DNA of 64,000 nt from Auanema rhodensis (taxonomy: Eukaryota > Animalia > Nematoda): contig OZ059898.1 of assembly GCA_964057225.1 (NCBI GenBank), positions 6,510,001 to 6,574,000 of the forward strand. The letters are read 5' to 3'. The position numbers and the translations under genes are program-made. Numbering within the stretch: the first letter of the stretch is position 1; each line of letters begins with the position of its first letter. The notes under the pieces were generated by a model. The model saw nothing but the letters and a program-made list of their open reading frames with translations. It was not told the DNA's origin and ran no database searches. Below are positions 43,794 through 56,577 of this stretch, one piece after another.

Positions 43794-46446
43794 AACTGAG
43801 AATAAAAAAAAATAATCTAAATATTTTATTCGGTTTTTTGAATTTTATTCTTGTCTTTGTTATAAATTTTCATTTTTTGACATCTTAGTTATTGAAACAA
43901 TTGAAGAATTATTGCATAAATCGACGTTTACATTTCATTTTTCTAAATTGTTCTGTTTTTTCTTAAAATGGTTGTGTATTTCAAATTATAAGAATGTGAA
44001 AGAACTTGATATGTAACGGCTTGACAACGAAAAATAGTTGCGGCACGTCACCGACATGCTTATAAACAAGCATAACATGATTTTGACGTTTGTTCTCGAT
44101 TACATACTATCAAACGAAAATGTATGTCTGTACCAATTAAGTACCGATTTACCCTCCTATCTTCCATTAAAGCGAATTTTTACAAACCCTTAATAATCGC
44201 TGACAATAACTTGTTTTCCCTCATGTTGCATCATATTAATTCCAAAAATACAAAATTATAACCCTACCATATGTATATTCCCTGCGTCAACAAATATCTC
44301 CAATTGGCTTTTTGTATCGTTTTTCTTATTCAATTTTTTCTTTTTTTATTATCCATAGTATGCCTGTCACAATGTATCATTTTCATCGTCATCTTTCAAA
44401 AGAAATATATCTATATATCACACTCAATATTCTTTATAAATACATTTAATCCCATCTTTGACTTTCTTTCCAACCTTACTTAGATTTTTTTTTGAATTTT
44501 CAAATTATTCATCATATATTAGAATATATCTAAAACGAATTATAATTATATTCTTTGATATTAATGGGCAGATATCATCATTTATATGTATATGTTTGCA
44601 ATTTTCACTTTATCGTTTTTATCAACTGTTCCATCTATAAATAACGATCATGAATCTATTTTTTAAATCCTGCCATCCAAAATATCTAAATTGGCTGAAT
44701 CGAGAAGGGACCGGTCGGGAATAGTGAAATATTTCATAATCCGATTAATTTGCAAATATAGGAGACATTGAAAACCGTTCCTCACCCATCAGATGGTTTT
44801 CAAAAAAATTCTCTTTCTTTTCATTAGTTGAATGCTTTGTTCGTCATACTTGTTATCTTTCTCTAATCATTCTAAAGTTTAATACCTATTTATAAAAAGT
44901 GGTATTTCCTAGATAATTGTTGAGTGATTCATAAATTTGCTCAATATTTTTTTGGACTAGTTCTAAGGGGGGTCACTGTCTTTGAACTTCAAAACATCTA
45001 GCTTTCCTGCTATCGTCATTCATCTTCTTTCTCATCGTCTTCACTTCTTATGTTTGTTCATCGAAACTCTTCGCACATGATCTTTTTGAATGTTCTTTTT
45101 CCTACGCGCACGCCGTTGGTATATGTGTACTCCATGAGTTTTCGACCTTCGAGCTTATAATCCTCAAAACTAAGTATGCTATAATCGTTGTGCATTTAAT
45201 CTTATGACTAATTTTGCTTTGAATTTTCTAATATCTATTTGTTCTCGTCATTCTCAATTGGCTCCATAACGTTCACCACTATCCGGAATGAGAAAGTTTT
45301 GCTTCCTCTAAATTCGCCACGCACCTAAATATGGACAAATAGCCCAGTATCCGACGATTCAATTATTTGAGAACTGGCTCGTCAAAAGCAACATCATCCA
45401 ATTCAATCTGGTGTACTTCTTAATTTTTTTTTTAAATCATGCGAAAAAAATGTTTTATCTTTTAATTCCGAGCTGCCTGAAATGTCAATCGTTTTCTCGT
45501 CATTACAAAAGAATTCGAACCGATAACACCCTTCAGTTGATAACGGTGTCATATCACGAACAATGTATCGGGATTTCCTAGCTAATTCTTTGAAAAAAAA
45601 AACTGTTTTTCTTTTTCATCGTCATCCCAAACTTCAACATTTTCTCTCAGTGCTGTACGTCCTACTTCATTTACCTTCATATTTTGTCATTGTTTTTCAC
45701 TTTCACTTTGTGATTATAATATATATGTATATATTAATCATATTTTTCGTTGAACATTTGAGATTGCAACGAGAAAACAATGAGAGAAAAAAGTGTTTAT
45801 AAGAATAAATTCCACTTTTGTCCTCTTCACATCTTTATTCTTTAAATTGTCATTATCTTCTATTCGCCGTTCAATCCACTGTCATCATAGCATTCATTTA
45901 TTCCACTTCAACTCATTCTTTTTTTGGCCCTTCTTCACTTCTTTAATTCAGGTTTCTCTTTTTTTATCTAATATCAATTCCTTTTATTCGCTTACAATTC
46001 ATTTTTATTGCTACCTGAGGGAACAATCCCTGCCTATTTTAATGTTTTACTTGATATTGTTAGTATCAGCATTTTTTATCTCATTTTGTGGTATAATATA
46101 TCACATATTTCATAATATTTTCATTTTTTTTGAATACCTGTTCAAATTTGATATTCAAAAATATACATTTTTGTCCCAGCCAGCTGCCCTCTTGTGAAGA
46201 AGCAAACTGGGTTTCCCAATTACTGACAGCATTTGTAGCCAAATAATCATAAATAATTAATCGAGAAGATAGATGTCTTTCAATGTTCTACCACATATCA
46301 TCACATAATTCTAGTTTTCTTAGATCCAAGTCGCTATAAGTCAAGAATGGTTTTAAAATGGAAATCATGTTTTTACTATTCCTACCTTTGATATTGTTCA
46401 ATTACTCCATTTTTGAACTGAATAGTATTAAAATTAATTTAAGGTG

Positions 46447-47757
46447 ATGGATCGATTACTAGAACTTGAATATATTATTCAAGAGATTTCAAATATTGAA
46501 TCAGATGTTCTTGAAGAGAGTATAACTTGGAAAGAAACGGCTGATAACGTAATAACGGTACTTGAACATTTAACATATCTATTCATTGATTTATTTGAAG
46601 AAACTGAGAGAAATAAACTTGCAACTTTCGCAGAAATACCAATCTACAAATACATTATTTACAATAAATAATTCTCTGTTAACGCCACCTCACAGTGCTC
46701 ATTCAGCGAGTTCCACTAGTAGTATTCATTGTATGTCCTAATATACTTTACAAACAATAGGACATTATTTACAGCTGACTCTTCGTTGTTCAGTGATCCA
46801 AACTATTCTTTGGCATCTGAAGCGTTTGATCGCCAAATATACTCACGATGTGTACAAATTGTTGAGAATGCACAGCTATCTGGGCAGGTGGAAATGTAAT
46901 AAATTAATTTTTCCTATATTTTTCACAACATATTTTTTAAGGCCTTTAATCACCCTTGCCCACCATTCCTATCTGGCAATGGTTGAAAAGGCTGAGAACC
47001 AGTCTAAATCTTTGAAATTTGTGAAATGGTGGATCATGTTGCTAGGTACTATAAAAATGAAGAATTTTTAGTATTTCCAAACGGATATTTCTAGAAACCG
47101 CAGAGTCGGGCCGAACGAATGCTGAAAAAAATGAAATATTTGAGTATCGTCTTACCGCTTTCGAACGCTTATATCAAAGGGAAGATGGTCAACAGCTATC
47201 AACATCCAAACAAATTCTCAAACTATTAATACAAAGTTACGAGGTAATAAATTTGCTCCTTTGTTTCATTTACATGTGCTGTTTTTTCATTGCAGAATGT
47301 TTTAACAAGCTATAGACCTTTTCATCCGATTCCGCTACGATGGTTGGAACATCTTGCTACTTGGGTTGATGAACTTAAGAAGCAATGCGAAGGTATGCCT
47401 TAAAGAACTAAATGCTTTTATCCTGAATGTATAGGAATGATTGAGTACGATATTGCATACGCTTTACTCGAGGAAGGAATTGTATCCTCTACAGAAGACA
47501 GAAAAAAATTCGAAAACGAAAGAAGTACAATGAAGTACAGTATATCATATGGTACTGATTATGCTTTGTGCTACGATATCATGAAAACACTGAGCCAAAC
47601 TAAATTCCACAAACATCTGATGAAAATAGGAAAACAGGTTTAACACAATCCAATATACCTATGCTAATTTTAGTTATTTCAGGAACTAACCCCAACGCCT
47701 CGATTGCCTGTAGATACTATGAGATCTTCCGAAGAAAATATAGTTGTTCGACTGTGA
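46447..47757 (+). CDS. Uncharacterised protein, possibly a highly divergent RMD/RMDN TPR-like family member; 5' end uncertain
   Basis: Consistent mini-intron exon chain with an open frame: coiled-coil start, Ser-rich tract (SASSTSSIHSDSSLFSD), then FVKWWIMLLE..EKNEIFEYRLTAFER, weakly like the RMD1 HKWYAI segment. Confidence 0.55.
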
Positions 47758-47934
47758 AAAATTACTATCTTACTGAATGTCTTCGGGTACCAGCGACATA
47801 TTTCCCCCTTTTTTTTTACTAAGGAAAAGAATGTTCTGTGTTGTATTATATAATAAACATTATACTTTTCTTCAAATTACATCTAAGATCCACAGTTTAA
47901 ATTGAGTTAGATGGATAATTGCCAAAATTCATAA

Positions 47935-48025
47935 TCGCGCCTAATGCAAATTTCGCTCTGAGACAGTTACGGCGGGAATAGTATAATCAGCTACTATTGG
48001 TAGATCGAAATGATAATTTCGCGCC
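47935..48025 (+). promoter_or_regulatory. E2F/DP-type sites in the daz-1 promoter
   Basis: TCGCGCC 47935-47941, GGCGGGAA 47971-47978, TTTCGCGCC 48017-48025. Confidence 0.6.
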
Positions 48026-48253
48026 GGATTTCATTCTCCAATCAGCTTTTTTGTAGGTCACAAAGTTAACCTTCAGACAAAATTTTACGGCTTTTTATTT
48101 CTTAAAATTTATTTTTAGGTTTGGTGGCTTTTAACATTTTAATTTTCAGTTTTGTTCTGTTTCTACTTACTTTCCTGTATATTTATCTGGTCGTATCAAA
48201 GTAAGTTTATTGAGTACCTGCACAGTGATGTATCAGAAGAAAATGATTTTAGG

Positions 48254-50124
48254 ATGATGAGTCCTGCTTTTGTTCCTCAGATGGGTTTTGTACAGCCACC
48301 TCCCGCATACGAACTTATTCCTCATAGAGTATTTGTAGGAGGTTTTCCAGCAGCCGTAAGTTCAATTCTTCATGTCCATTTAACAAAAAATGCTATTAGA
48401 CCACGGAAACTGAGCTACGTGAACATTTCACGCCTTACTTTCAAATTCGTGAAGCTAAAGTTGTACGTGCTGCTGACGGAATTTCTAAAGGGTATGGGTT
48501 TTTAACCCTTGAATCGGAAGAAGAGGCAGATGCTGTCCGTGTTATGGTATTTTAATTCTTGTTTCCGAATAGAATCTTTCTTTAGGATCCTGAAAAATTA
48601 ATATTTAAAGGAAGAAAACTGAACCTTGGACCTGCTTTACGCAAAATGTAATTTTCACATCATCGTTTTTATCACTAAGGGTTTGAAATTTTTAGTAAAC
48701 AGTGCTCTGAATATGCTCTGGCTACACCCACAGGACTGGTTCAATCTGGTGCGTATGGTGGATATGGCTACCCTGTACCTCAACAACATTATGTTATGAC
48801 TCAGGTGTGTTCAAATTTAATATAGTAAAATAAGGTGGTATCTCAGCAGCCGCACTTTGTATTTAACACGCCATCTCCCCCAGTGCCAACGGGGTACCCC
48901 ATGATGTATGCTGTCAGTGGTTCTCCGTCGAATGAAAATCAGATGAATGTTCCAATGCATCAGGCACCTATTCGTAAGAAAAGTACTTGATGTTGCCAGT
49001 AAGCATATTTTACTTTTAGAAAATACGGAAAACTCTGAAATGGTTAATTCTTCCTCTCCTATGAAGGCTGCTAATGTGCCTCCTCCACAACAACACTGTC
49101 TTCCATACTACTACGTTCCAGTACAACCATCTACTCCTGTTAAAAAAGACATCTAATTATGACAAAGTCTATTTCTTTTAGGTTAACAATAATTGTCGTC
49201 CTATGATGAATCCTCCATATTATTCTGCTACTCCAGAAGGTTTGCTTACACCTATCAGTGCTCCTCCAACTGGCTATCCGAACCCACATGGACCAACTGT
49301 AAGATCTTCAGAGTTTTGTTGAGCGCAGAACTTTTTTGTTTAGGCTCCAAATTTTTTCTATAATCAATCAATGGGTTCTGGTGATTCGAATATCCACACT
49401 GGTCAGTCAAATGAGGAGCAGGCTTCACAACAAGCTCAAAATGTTTTTTATACTCCTCCTCAACGTCCCTACGCAGCCGTTGTTGCTTCTAATTCTCAGA
49501 CAATGACTCCTCCTCAGGAGGTAACTCGTACAATTTTGTTGCGAATAAGATTCTCTTTCAGTTCCAGAATGTTTCTGTGTCGGATGGGCCTCGCCACTCT
49601 CCAGCTGTTCGTCGTATTAATCTGTTTAATGATCAAAACAATGCTCAGGGTAAAAATGTGAACAACGGCGGTAATGGATCTTCTGGAGGTTTGGTATATT
49701 GTGCGTTCTTCTTCTTCATGAGTTATTAAGGTTCTTTTACAACTCCGGTCAGACTGGAATCGCGGCAAAGAGGCCCTGATGGGCAGTACAGATCTAATAG
49801 TACTAGCAAGAATCCTCAACATATGCGTTATATAAGAACCCCACCATCTGATAAGTGCTCCCCAAGTCGTTTAAAGCCAAAGGTTCTTTAGTATTATAAA
49901 CTTGTCAGTTATTCTGGGTTTAGAAAACTATTGGAGACAACGGAAATACATACGTTACAAATCTTTCAAACCAGTTACAAGAAATGCAATTAGCTCCAAA
50001 AACCGTTGACGGACCTGATGGAAACCTCACACCTCTAGGTTCAATAACTAAAATCTCTTTTAAAAATATTTTTGTTTTAGATACAAGTAACAATCCTATT
50101 GAGGTTCCACCTTCTGGTTTTTAA
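48254..50124 (+). CDS. daz-1: DAZ/Boule RNA-binding protein
   Basis: YELIPHRVFVGGFP..TETELREHF..DGISKGYGFLTLE..FKGRKLNLGPALRK RRM matches recalled DAZ-1; P/Q/Y-rich tail; 5' UTR intron about 48201-48252. Confidence 0.92.
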
Positions 50125-50697
50125 GTCTTTGATATGACCCCTACTTATGCCGTTAATGATTAGCATTTACTGAAAGCATGAGTCCTCTTTTTAGATCTTC
50201 CTCTTATACTCTCGGATAGAATCTTTACATATTATATTTATTCCCTTATATATTGCCTTTCTCAATGACTTTGTACATTATATAAGACTATAGTAATACG
50301 TAATTGCGCTTCCTAATTAGATCTTTCTAAAGTTAGTATAATTTTCATGTTTCACTTTTTATGTTTGCCGTGTAAGATTCATTGGATTTGGAATACCAAG
50401 GATGATGTAAGGATAAGAACTTTTCCTGTAAAACCTAAGCTTGTAAATGTATTGTACGGGGGCTATGCATGCTATTGCTCTTTTGAGGACCCTTTTTTGT
50501 CTCTCGTTTATTGCTCCCGCACTGTTCTCTGTGACATGATCCATATCAATCAAGCACAATTCAATGTAAGTTTTTTTAAATACCGTGTTTTATCTTACCG
50601 GTGGTATCGTCTTAAAGACGTGTTCATTTGTGTAGTGGTAATAATATCGATATATATTATAGTTATAGTATTAAATCCTAATAAATCTTGTTAATAT

Positions 50698-53304
50698 TTA
50701 TTGCTTATTCATTTCTGCCATAGCTTCTATTCTTTTCTTCTTCTTTTTATTTTGAACTTCCTGCAAAATTTGGTATGTAGATAATATTAAAGAAGAATTA
50801 CCTGTAGAGCAACTACCAGTTTGTCAGCGTCAATGAATCTACCGGACACCCGAGGCTTTGGCCTATGAAACATTCTTAAAATGTGGAAATGGATAAATAC
50901 GTACCTTCCAGCTTCAAGTGCTGTGTTGTCAAAAATCCTTTCTGGGCCTTTCCGTCTTGGATTGTCATAGCATTCACTCAGAAGATGCTTTTTCCATTCC
51001 TTATCGAAGCGTGTATTGCTATAAATACTTAGTAGTTACCTCCGAACTCTCCGTTACAGCGACAGAGCATAGCGGACACCAAACAGCATTATCAGGAGCA
51101 GTCCTTCCTATTTTAAACAAAAATTTAAAAGTTGCACATAGAGATACACCTCGACATAAAGGATGAATAAGCCCCATTTCCTGGTCTGTTCGATCAGCTG
51201 CCAAATTGCATTTTAAACATCTATCCATGCGTCCTCGTAAAAACGAACAGCGCGATATGTAATGTTCTGTTAGTTGGGGAACCTTAAATTTAATAAAAAA
51301 AGAATGGTAGAATATTATATTTACTGTACCAAAACAACTTTTTGGCAATATCGGCATAAATTCATAATCTTGCATTCACTTTTGTGATGATCATCCATTC
51401 CGCTTTGAGAAAGTAGGTGGAAGCCTGACACACCACAATATTTACAAGACCTAGAAGTATTCATGAAGCATTGCCCATTATAATTTTGTACCCATTGGTA
51501 GAAGATGTTACGCCTGAAACTGATTGTGCTTTTACTGCTGAGCCGTACCTATGTAGGTTAGATATAAGTTACGTCTAATATATTATTTTTAAAGTTAATT
51601 GAAACTACAAAAAAAGGTTTATTATCTTATTTCACATCCATCTCATATCTGGCACTTACTCATTACCAGAAAAATGCTGATTACTATAAGGTTGAGAACC
51701 ATGCGAATTCAAAGAATGATGTGGATATGGTCCGTAATGTGGATTTGAACTGTGATGTCGAGGGAGATCATAGGGGTTATCAAAACGAGGCTCGTCATAA
51801 AAAGTCGTTTGTCTCATAAGGTCAACTAGACGATCATTTCTTCTTATTTCATGTTGCTAGAATAGAAAATATATATTTGCCTAGTTATTTGTGTTGATTA
51901 CATCATTTTTTTTGGAGTTCATGCTTTCTGGACTTTTTTCTGAACAAAATTTCACTTTTTTTTTGGAAGATATAGAAGTTCTTGGGTTAAAACGCTCGTT
52001 TGGTTGTAGCGCAGGTACTTTAGACAAATCTACTAGTAGATTATTAAAACTGGAACATCATACTATAGATATAAACATAAAATTAACAGCAAAGTATATT
52101 AAAGTAATATGTATCATTAAATGGTGCTTTCAACTTTGAATTCTAGTTGTTGGGTAGGCTCTGAATACAAAATTGGTTTAAACAATATGTAATAACCTTT
52201 GATTGTTTGTTGCTGGGCTACGATTTCTAGGAGAAATGTTTCTATCCAGTGTCCAATTTGAATTCACTCCAAACGATTTCATCTACGAAATATTTTATTA
52301 TGAAACGAAAAGTACTTTTGAAAACGCACCTCTACATCATCCATGATTAGATCAGAAAGTGTTTCACGAATTACGGATTCTTTAAACTATAAAAGCAGAA
52401 TCTATGCAATTATGACCAAGAGTATGAATATCTCACATCTTCCATTTTCTTTTGGATTTCTTCTGCTTTTGATACTTCACCATATAAAATAGCAGTTGAT
52501 CTACTCTCATGAAGTTGCATCAACTGAGTTTCTGCATCAGTTAGGCTATTACAAGCACTCCGGCATAAATGAGCCTGTTAGACAAAATATATAATTGATT
52601 AAATAACAATTAACCGTAACAGGTTTGTGAGCGTTCTCGTTAAGAATAGTTTTTTTTCTTAGAATATTCCGTAAAGTGCGAACTGTTGTTAAGGGATCTT
52701 CGCCCAAACCTGCAAGTTCTTGGTGATATCCCGAACAGAAGTAACTGTTATTGCTTCTTAACGAGAAAAGCTAATTAAAAAAACATAGTTTTGATATAAG
52801 CAAACAAATCATAGTTCCCATCTCCTTTTATTTTGTTTTCATCTATTTTTTTCACTAGCTTTGGCTTGAATCGTTCTCCATGGCTGATAGGTGGTTTCAG
52901 TTTGTTATCTTGCTGTTAAATATTAAAATCAAAATTTTATTTGTAATATACCTGCACTAATTTTTGTTGGAAATCCAGCTTTTCTTCTTCGCTCCAGATA
53001 ATCCTTGTAATGTTGGTCATGAATAACAAGATTATTCATTAATTCTGCCCACACAATTAGTTAAAACAACAACAAATCTACAATCTTAAATTTTGCTGTT
53101 TAATTCGGAACGAAGCAAAACTAATTGTTTATTCGGTTTCTAAGAAAATATTTAGAATTTAGTTTTACGGAATTTGGAATGACCCTTGCATACCTTTATT
53201 ACACTAGTCATATTCTTTCCTCTCTTGATAAACCATGTGTCCCGTATAGCATTATCTCGTAATATCTCTGGTTCAGGGGAGTTGCACGAGACAGGCTTGA
53301 ACAT
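50698..53304 (-). CDS. CEP104-like ciliary/centriolar protein (coiled coil plus C2HC zinc-finger array)
   Basis: DPLTTVRTLR..coiled coil; CKYCG..MDDHHKSECKIMNLCRYCQKVVLVPQLTEHYISRC..CLKC..WCPLC..EEWKKHLLSECYDNPR mirrors the CEP104 zinc-finger array. Confidence 0.75.
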
Positions 53305-53483
53305 TTCATTAAAAAATAATTTTATTATATAAGGGCTTAATTGCCTATTTTATACATATATTTTAAAGGCAGAAAATTAGTACATATTGAAATAAGAGAT
53401 ATTATATCAGAGCTGATTATTATATTAGTACAAATTTGTAAGAAAGAGTAGAATATATACATATTATAAAATGAGTTAATATC

Positions 53484-55990
53484 TTATAAACAATAGTCCT
53501 TATGAATTTTATAAAATTCATGAACAAAGTTTGCCATTAGTTTTTCTGACTCGGCAACCTTAATCTGAAAAAATTTAAATGATAATCAAATGTTATTATA
53601 TATGAATATACATTCATTATATCAAACAACTCAGCTGGACCAGAGAGCTGAACCGCTAAATGTTCTTCAAAGCTTAGAGTTCCTTCCGTAACTTTTTGCC
53701 TAAGTTCTATAAGTTCTCGACGAGCTGTATCCAAGTCCTTTAACAACGATTTCAGGTTATATTTAGCATAGATAGTAACTTACTTGATCCAATTTACCAA
53801 TATCGCGATGATTGTCTTCTAAAATTTCTTTTTCATTTTCAATATTTTCTGAAAAAAAAAACTGATCTATCTAGATATTCATACAAAAAGAACGTTACCT
53901 ATTTTTGAAAGAATGTTCTGCCTCTCACCACATTTATCAACAGCGGCACGTTGATAATTTATTTGTTGTCTTTTTAAAACACGTTTGCTATCTGTTAATC
54001 TCTCATTTTCAACTTGCAGTCGAATCCTACATATACATATATATTTAATAGGCTAGGATTGAAAAATCTTACTCAAGAGAACTAATATTTTGTTTACAAG
54101 TTCTGATATCTTCTAACACTTTTGAAATCGTAGATTCAATTTCTGAATATGTCTCCGCAATATCTTTACGTATTTCGGTATTCAGAAGTTGTTGCACTTC
54201 CCTGAAAAGGAAAGCTATTCAAAGAATGTTATCATAATCCTTACTTGATATCCTTTGGCATATAATCTTCTGAGCTACTGTAATCAAACAGATCATTCTT
54301 AATACTATGAATACTACTACGAAGCTCAGAAAATCTTGACAGTAACTGCAAAACAAAGTTTCATTTTAAATTTAAAAAGATGTTTACAATAGCGAAAGAT
54401 TGAGATTCTTTTGGCTGCAATGCCCAGCGCTCTCGCCCAAGGGTTTCCAGTTCATTTTGAACTTCCCGTATCAAAACTCTGTTCTGTAAAAACATTATAT
54501 TTTTATAATTAATTTAAACTGCTATCGTACTTGATCATATTCTGTCATCATAGCTCTAGCCTCAGGGCCTTTTATTCCAAAAGCTCCACGTTCTTGTTCC
54601 AATATCAGATTTTTTTTCTGAAGAAAAGCTTCGCGAATACCATCAACTTCTGAGCGCACCTCCAAAGCTTCAAACGCGGCATTTTCCTTAACAGAAAAAT
54701 AAAATCTGAATAAAAAACTAAAAGAACCTTCTCCTTTTCGAGATTTAGAACAGCTTGCTCAATAGCTTCACAATATGCTTTGGCTTTACGAATATCGTCT
54801 TCAAGCTTTTTGTTGTCATCATTATACTTTTCTTCATTCCCTTTCTTTAAATTCTAGATAAACATCATTTATACCTTTTCACAATACCTCGTCTTCCAAT
54901 TCTCGATTTTCCCGTCGAATGGATAAAAGAGCTGCTTCAGCAGCCTTCAATTGACCTCCTATATCTTCTTGATTATCAAACCAATCTCGAAGATTTTTCT
55001 GTTCTTCTATACAAATAAAAAAAACTACCCATCACCAAGATTTTAAAATACCTTCAATACTACCTTCGGCAATACCCAAAAGACGATTTTGATGAAATGT
55101 TTTAAAATGATCTTGTAGCCAAGAATACCGAAACTAAAAAAAGAATTACTGTAGTCCTGACTGAGGTACTAACTGCGCCAATGTTTCCGTTACTATTATC
55201 TCCACTAAGAAGAATTTGGGATCCAACTATTTCTTCCAACTTTCGTACTATCTAAAATGATCAAATTCAATTAATAGAATTTTATAGATAATACCTTCAC
55301 ATAATCAATTAACCAACACAAAGCATGAAGCAAATAATGCCAATTGTGAGAAGCTCCAACAGGTTGAAGATAACTCGGCTTGATAGGATAAGGATAGCCA
55401 AGAATTGAGAATAAACGGGGAATCTGGAAAAAGATAAAAACGATGATACATTAAATTATTAGCACACCTCTTCAGCTATCTTTCTGTCGCCAATTTCATA
55501 CTGTGGGCTAACACACTCGTATATCATCTCCAAGAAACCGATAAAATCTTTCTGTGTGGGTTTAGCTATATGCTGAATAGTTACAGCATCCTTAAAATAA
55601 ATAATTAGGAAAAAATAAAGAAATTCCATACTTCGCCATCTAATTCAATGATAAACTCATATATTTTCGCGATCATTTCCTGCTGATATTTTTTGTCGCT
55701 TGTATCTACCTGTAATCTCTACTAATATATTCAGCCTAAAAAACAGAACAAACCCTCGGAACAACATTTACTTGCTTGAAAACCGACATACGACGAATAG
55801 TTGGTGCAGTTCCCAAAGAAAATCGAGCATCTTTTCTAAAAAAGAAACCAATGTAATAGTTTAACATTATAAACTACTTTGATGTTAAAGGGGTTTGAAG
55901 AGCTGAGAATCTTTGTCTAGTAGGTGTTTTTTGATTTGTATGGGAAGTTAACAGTGATTGCCGACCTGTGGTAAACCTTCTTCGATCCAT
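53484..55990 (-). CDS. ndc-80: Kinetochore protein NDC80/HEC1
   Basis: Basic N-tail with RxS/T sites, CH domain (PTQKDFIGFLEMIY..LGYPYPIKPSYLQPVGASHNWHYLLHALCWL), long coiled coil. Confidence 0.92.
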
Positions 55991-56098
55991 AGCTGAACAT
56001 AATTAACAATATAATATAAAAGAACTAAAATAATCACATTTAAGTTAATAATAGCTTACTTAAAAGCGGACATAAGATGCTAATTTAAAATGTAATAC

Positions 56099-56106
56099 TT
56101 TCGCGC
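56099..56106. promoter_or_regulatory. E2F-type site upstream of ndc-80
   Basis: TTTCGCGC about 110 bp upstream of the ATG in very AT-rich DNA. Confidence 0.5.
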
Positions 56107-56481
56107 GTATTATAAATAGAGCGAGCTTCTAGCGTTTAAACTTCGAGCGATATTGTGGTGAATCAATTAAATAAGTTATATAGCTAATTTTTATTAAGAA
56201 TGTTAAGATTATAATATCAATATTAATAATATTAATATGTTATTTATTATATTTAACCAGTTATGAAAAAAATTTTCTCGATTTTACTTATACTATTTAT
56301 TATTTTTTAGTTTTCCAAGTATTTCTTTCAAAATGAATGAAGATCCAAGAAACTACTTGTTATTCAAAAAATTTATTTAAATTTAAAAAATCCCTGAAAA
56401 AAAACCATCTGGGTTTTTTATATTGCAGATAGGTGGGAGTTATAATCAAATTTTATCTTTTCTCGTGCTTGAATTTTATAG

Positions 56482-56515
56482 TTATCAAAAGAATTAATTT
56501 GTTATCAGTTGATAA
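56482..56515. promoter_or_regulatory. Triple TGATAA (ELT-2/GATA-type) cluster
   Basis: TTATCA 56482-56487, TTATCA 56502-56507, TGATAA 56510-56515, within 100 bp of the lectin ATG. Confidence 0.55.
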
Positions 56516-56577
56516 CTTTATGATTCTCCGCTATTACATAAGGAACTCATGCTTGGGGTAATATTCATATTTACGCG

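Noticed and set aside
46880-46945. Apparent frameshift or GG acceptor in the RMD-like gene
   Set aside because: Resolved by the later GTAATA donor at 46896, giving a 46-nt intron and an open frame.
52870-52890. X-box-like GTTCTCCATGGCTG in the CEP104-like gene
   Set aside because: Imperfect and located inside a coding exon rather than the promoter.
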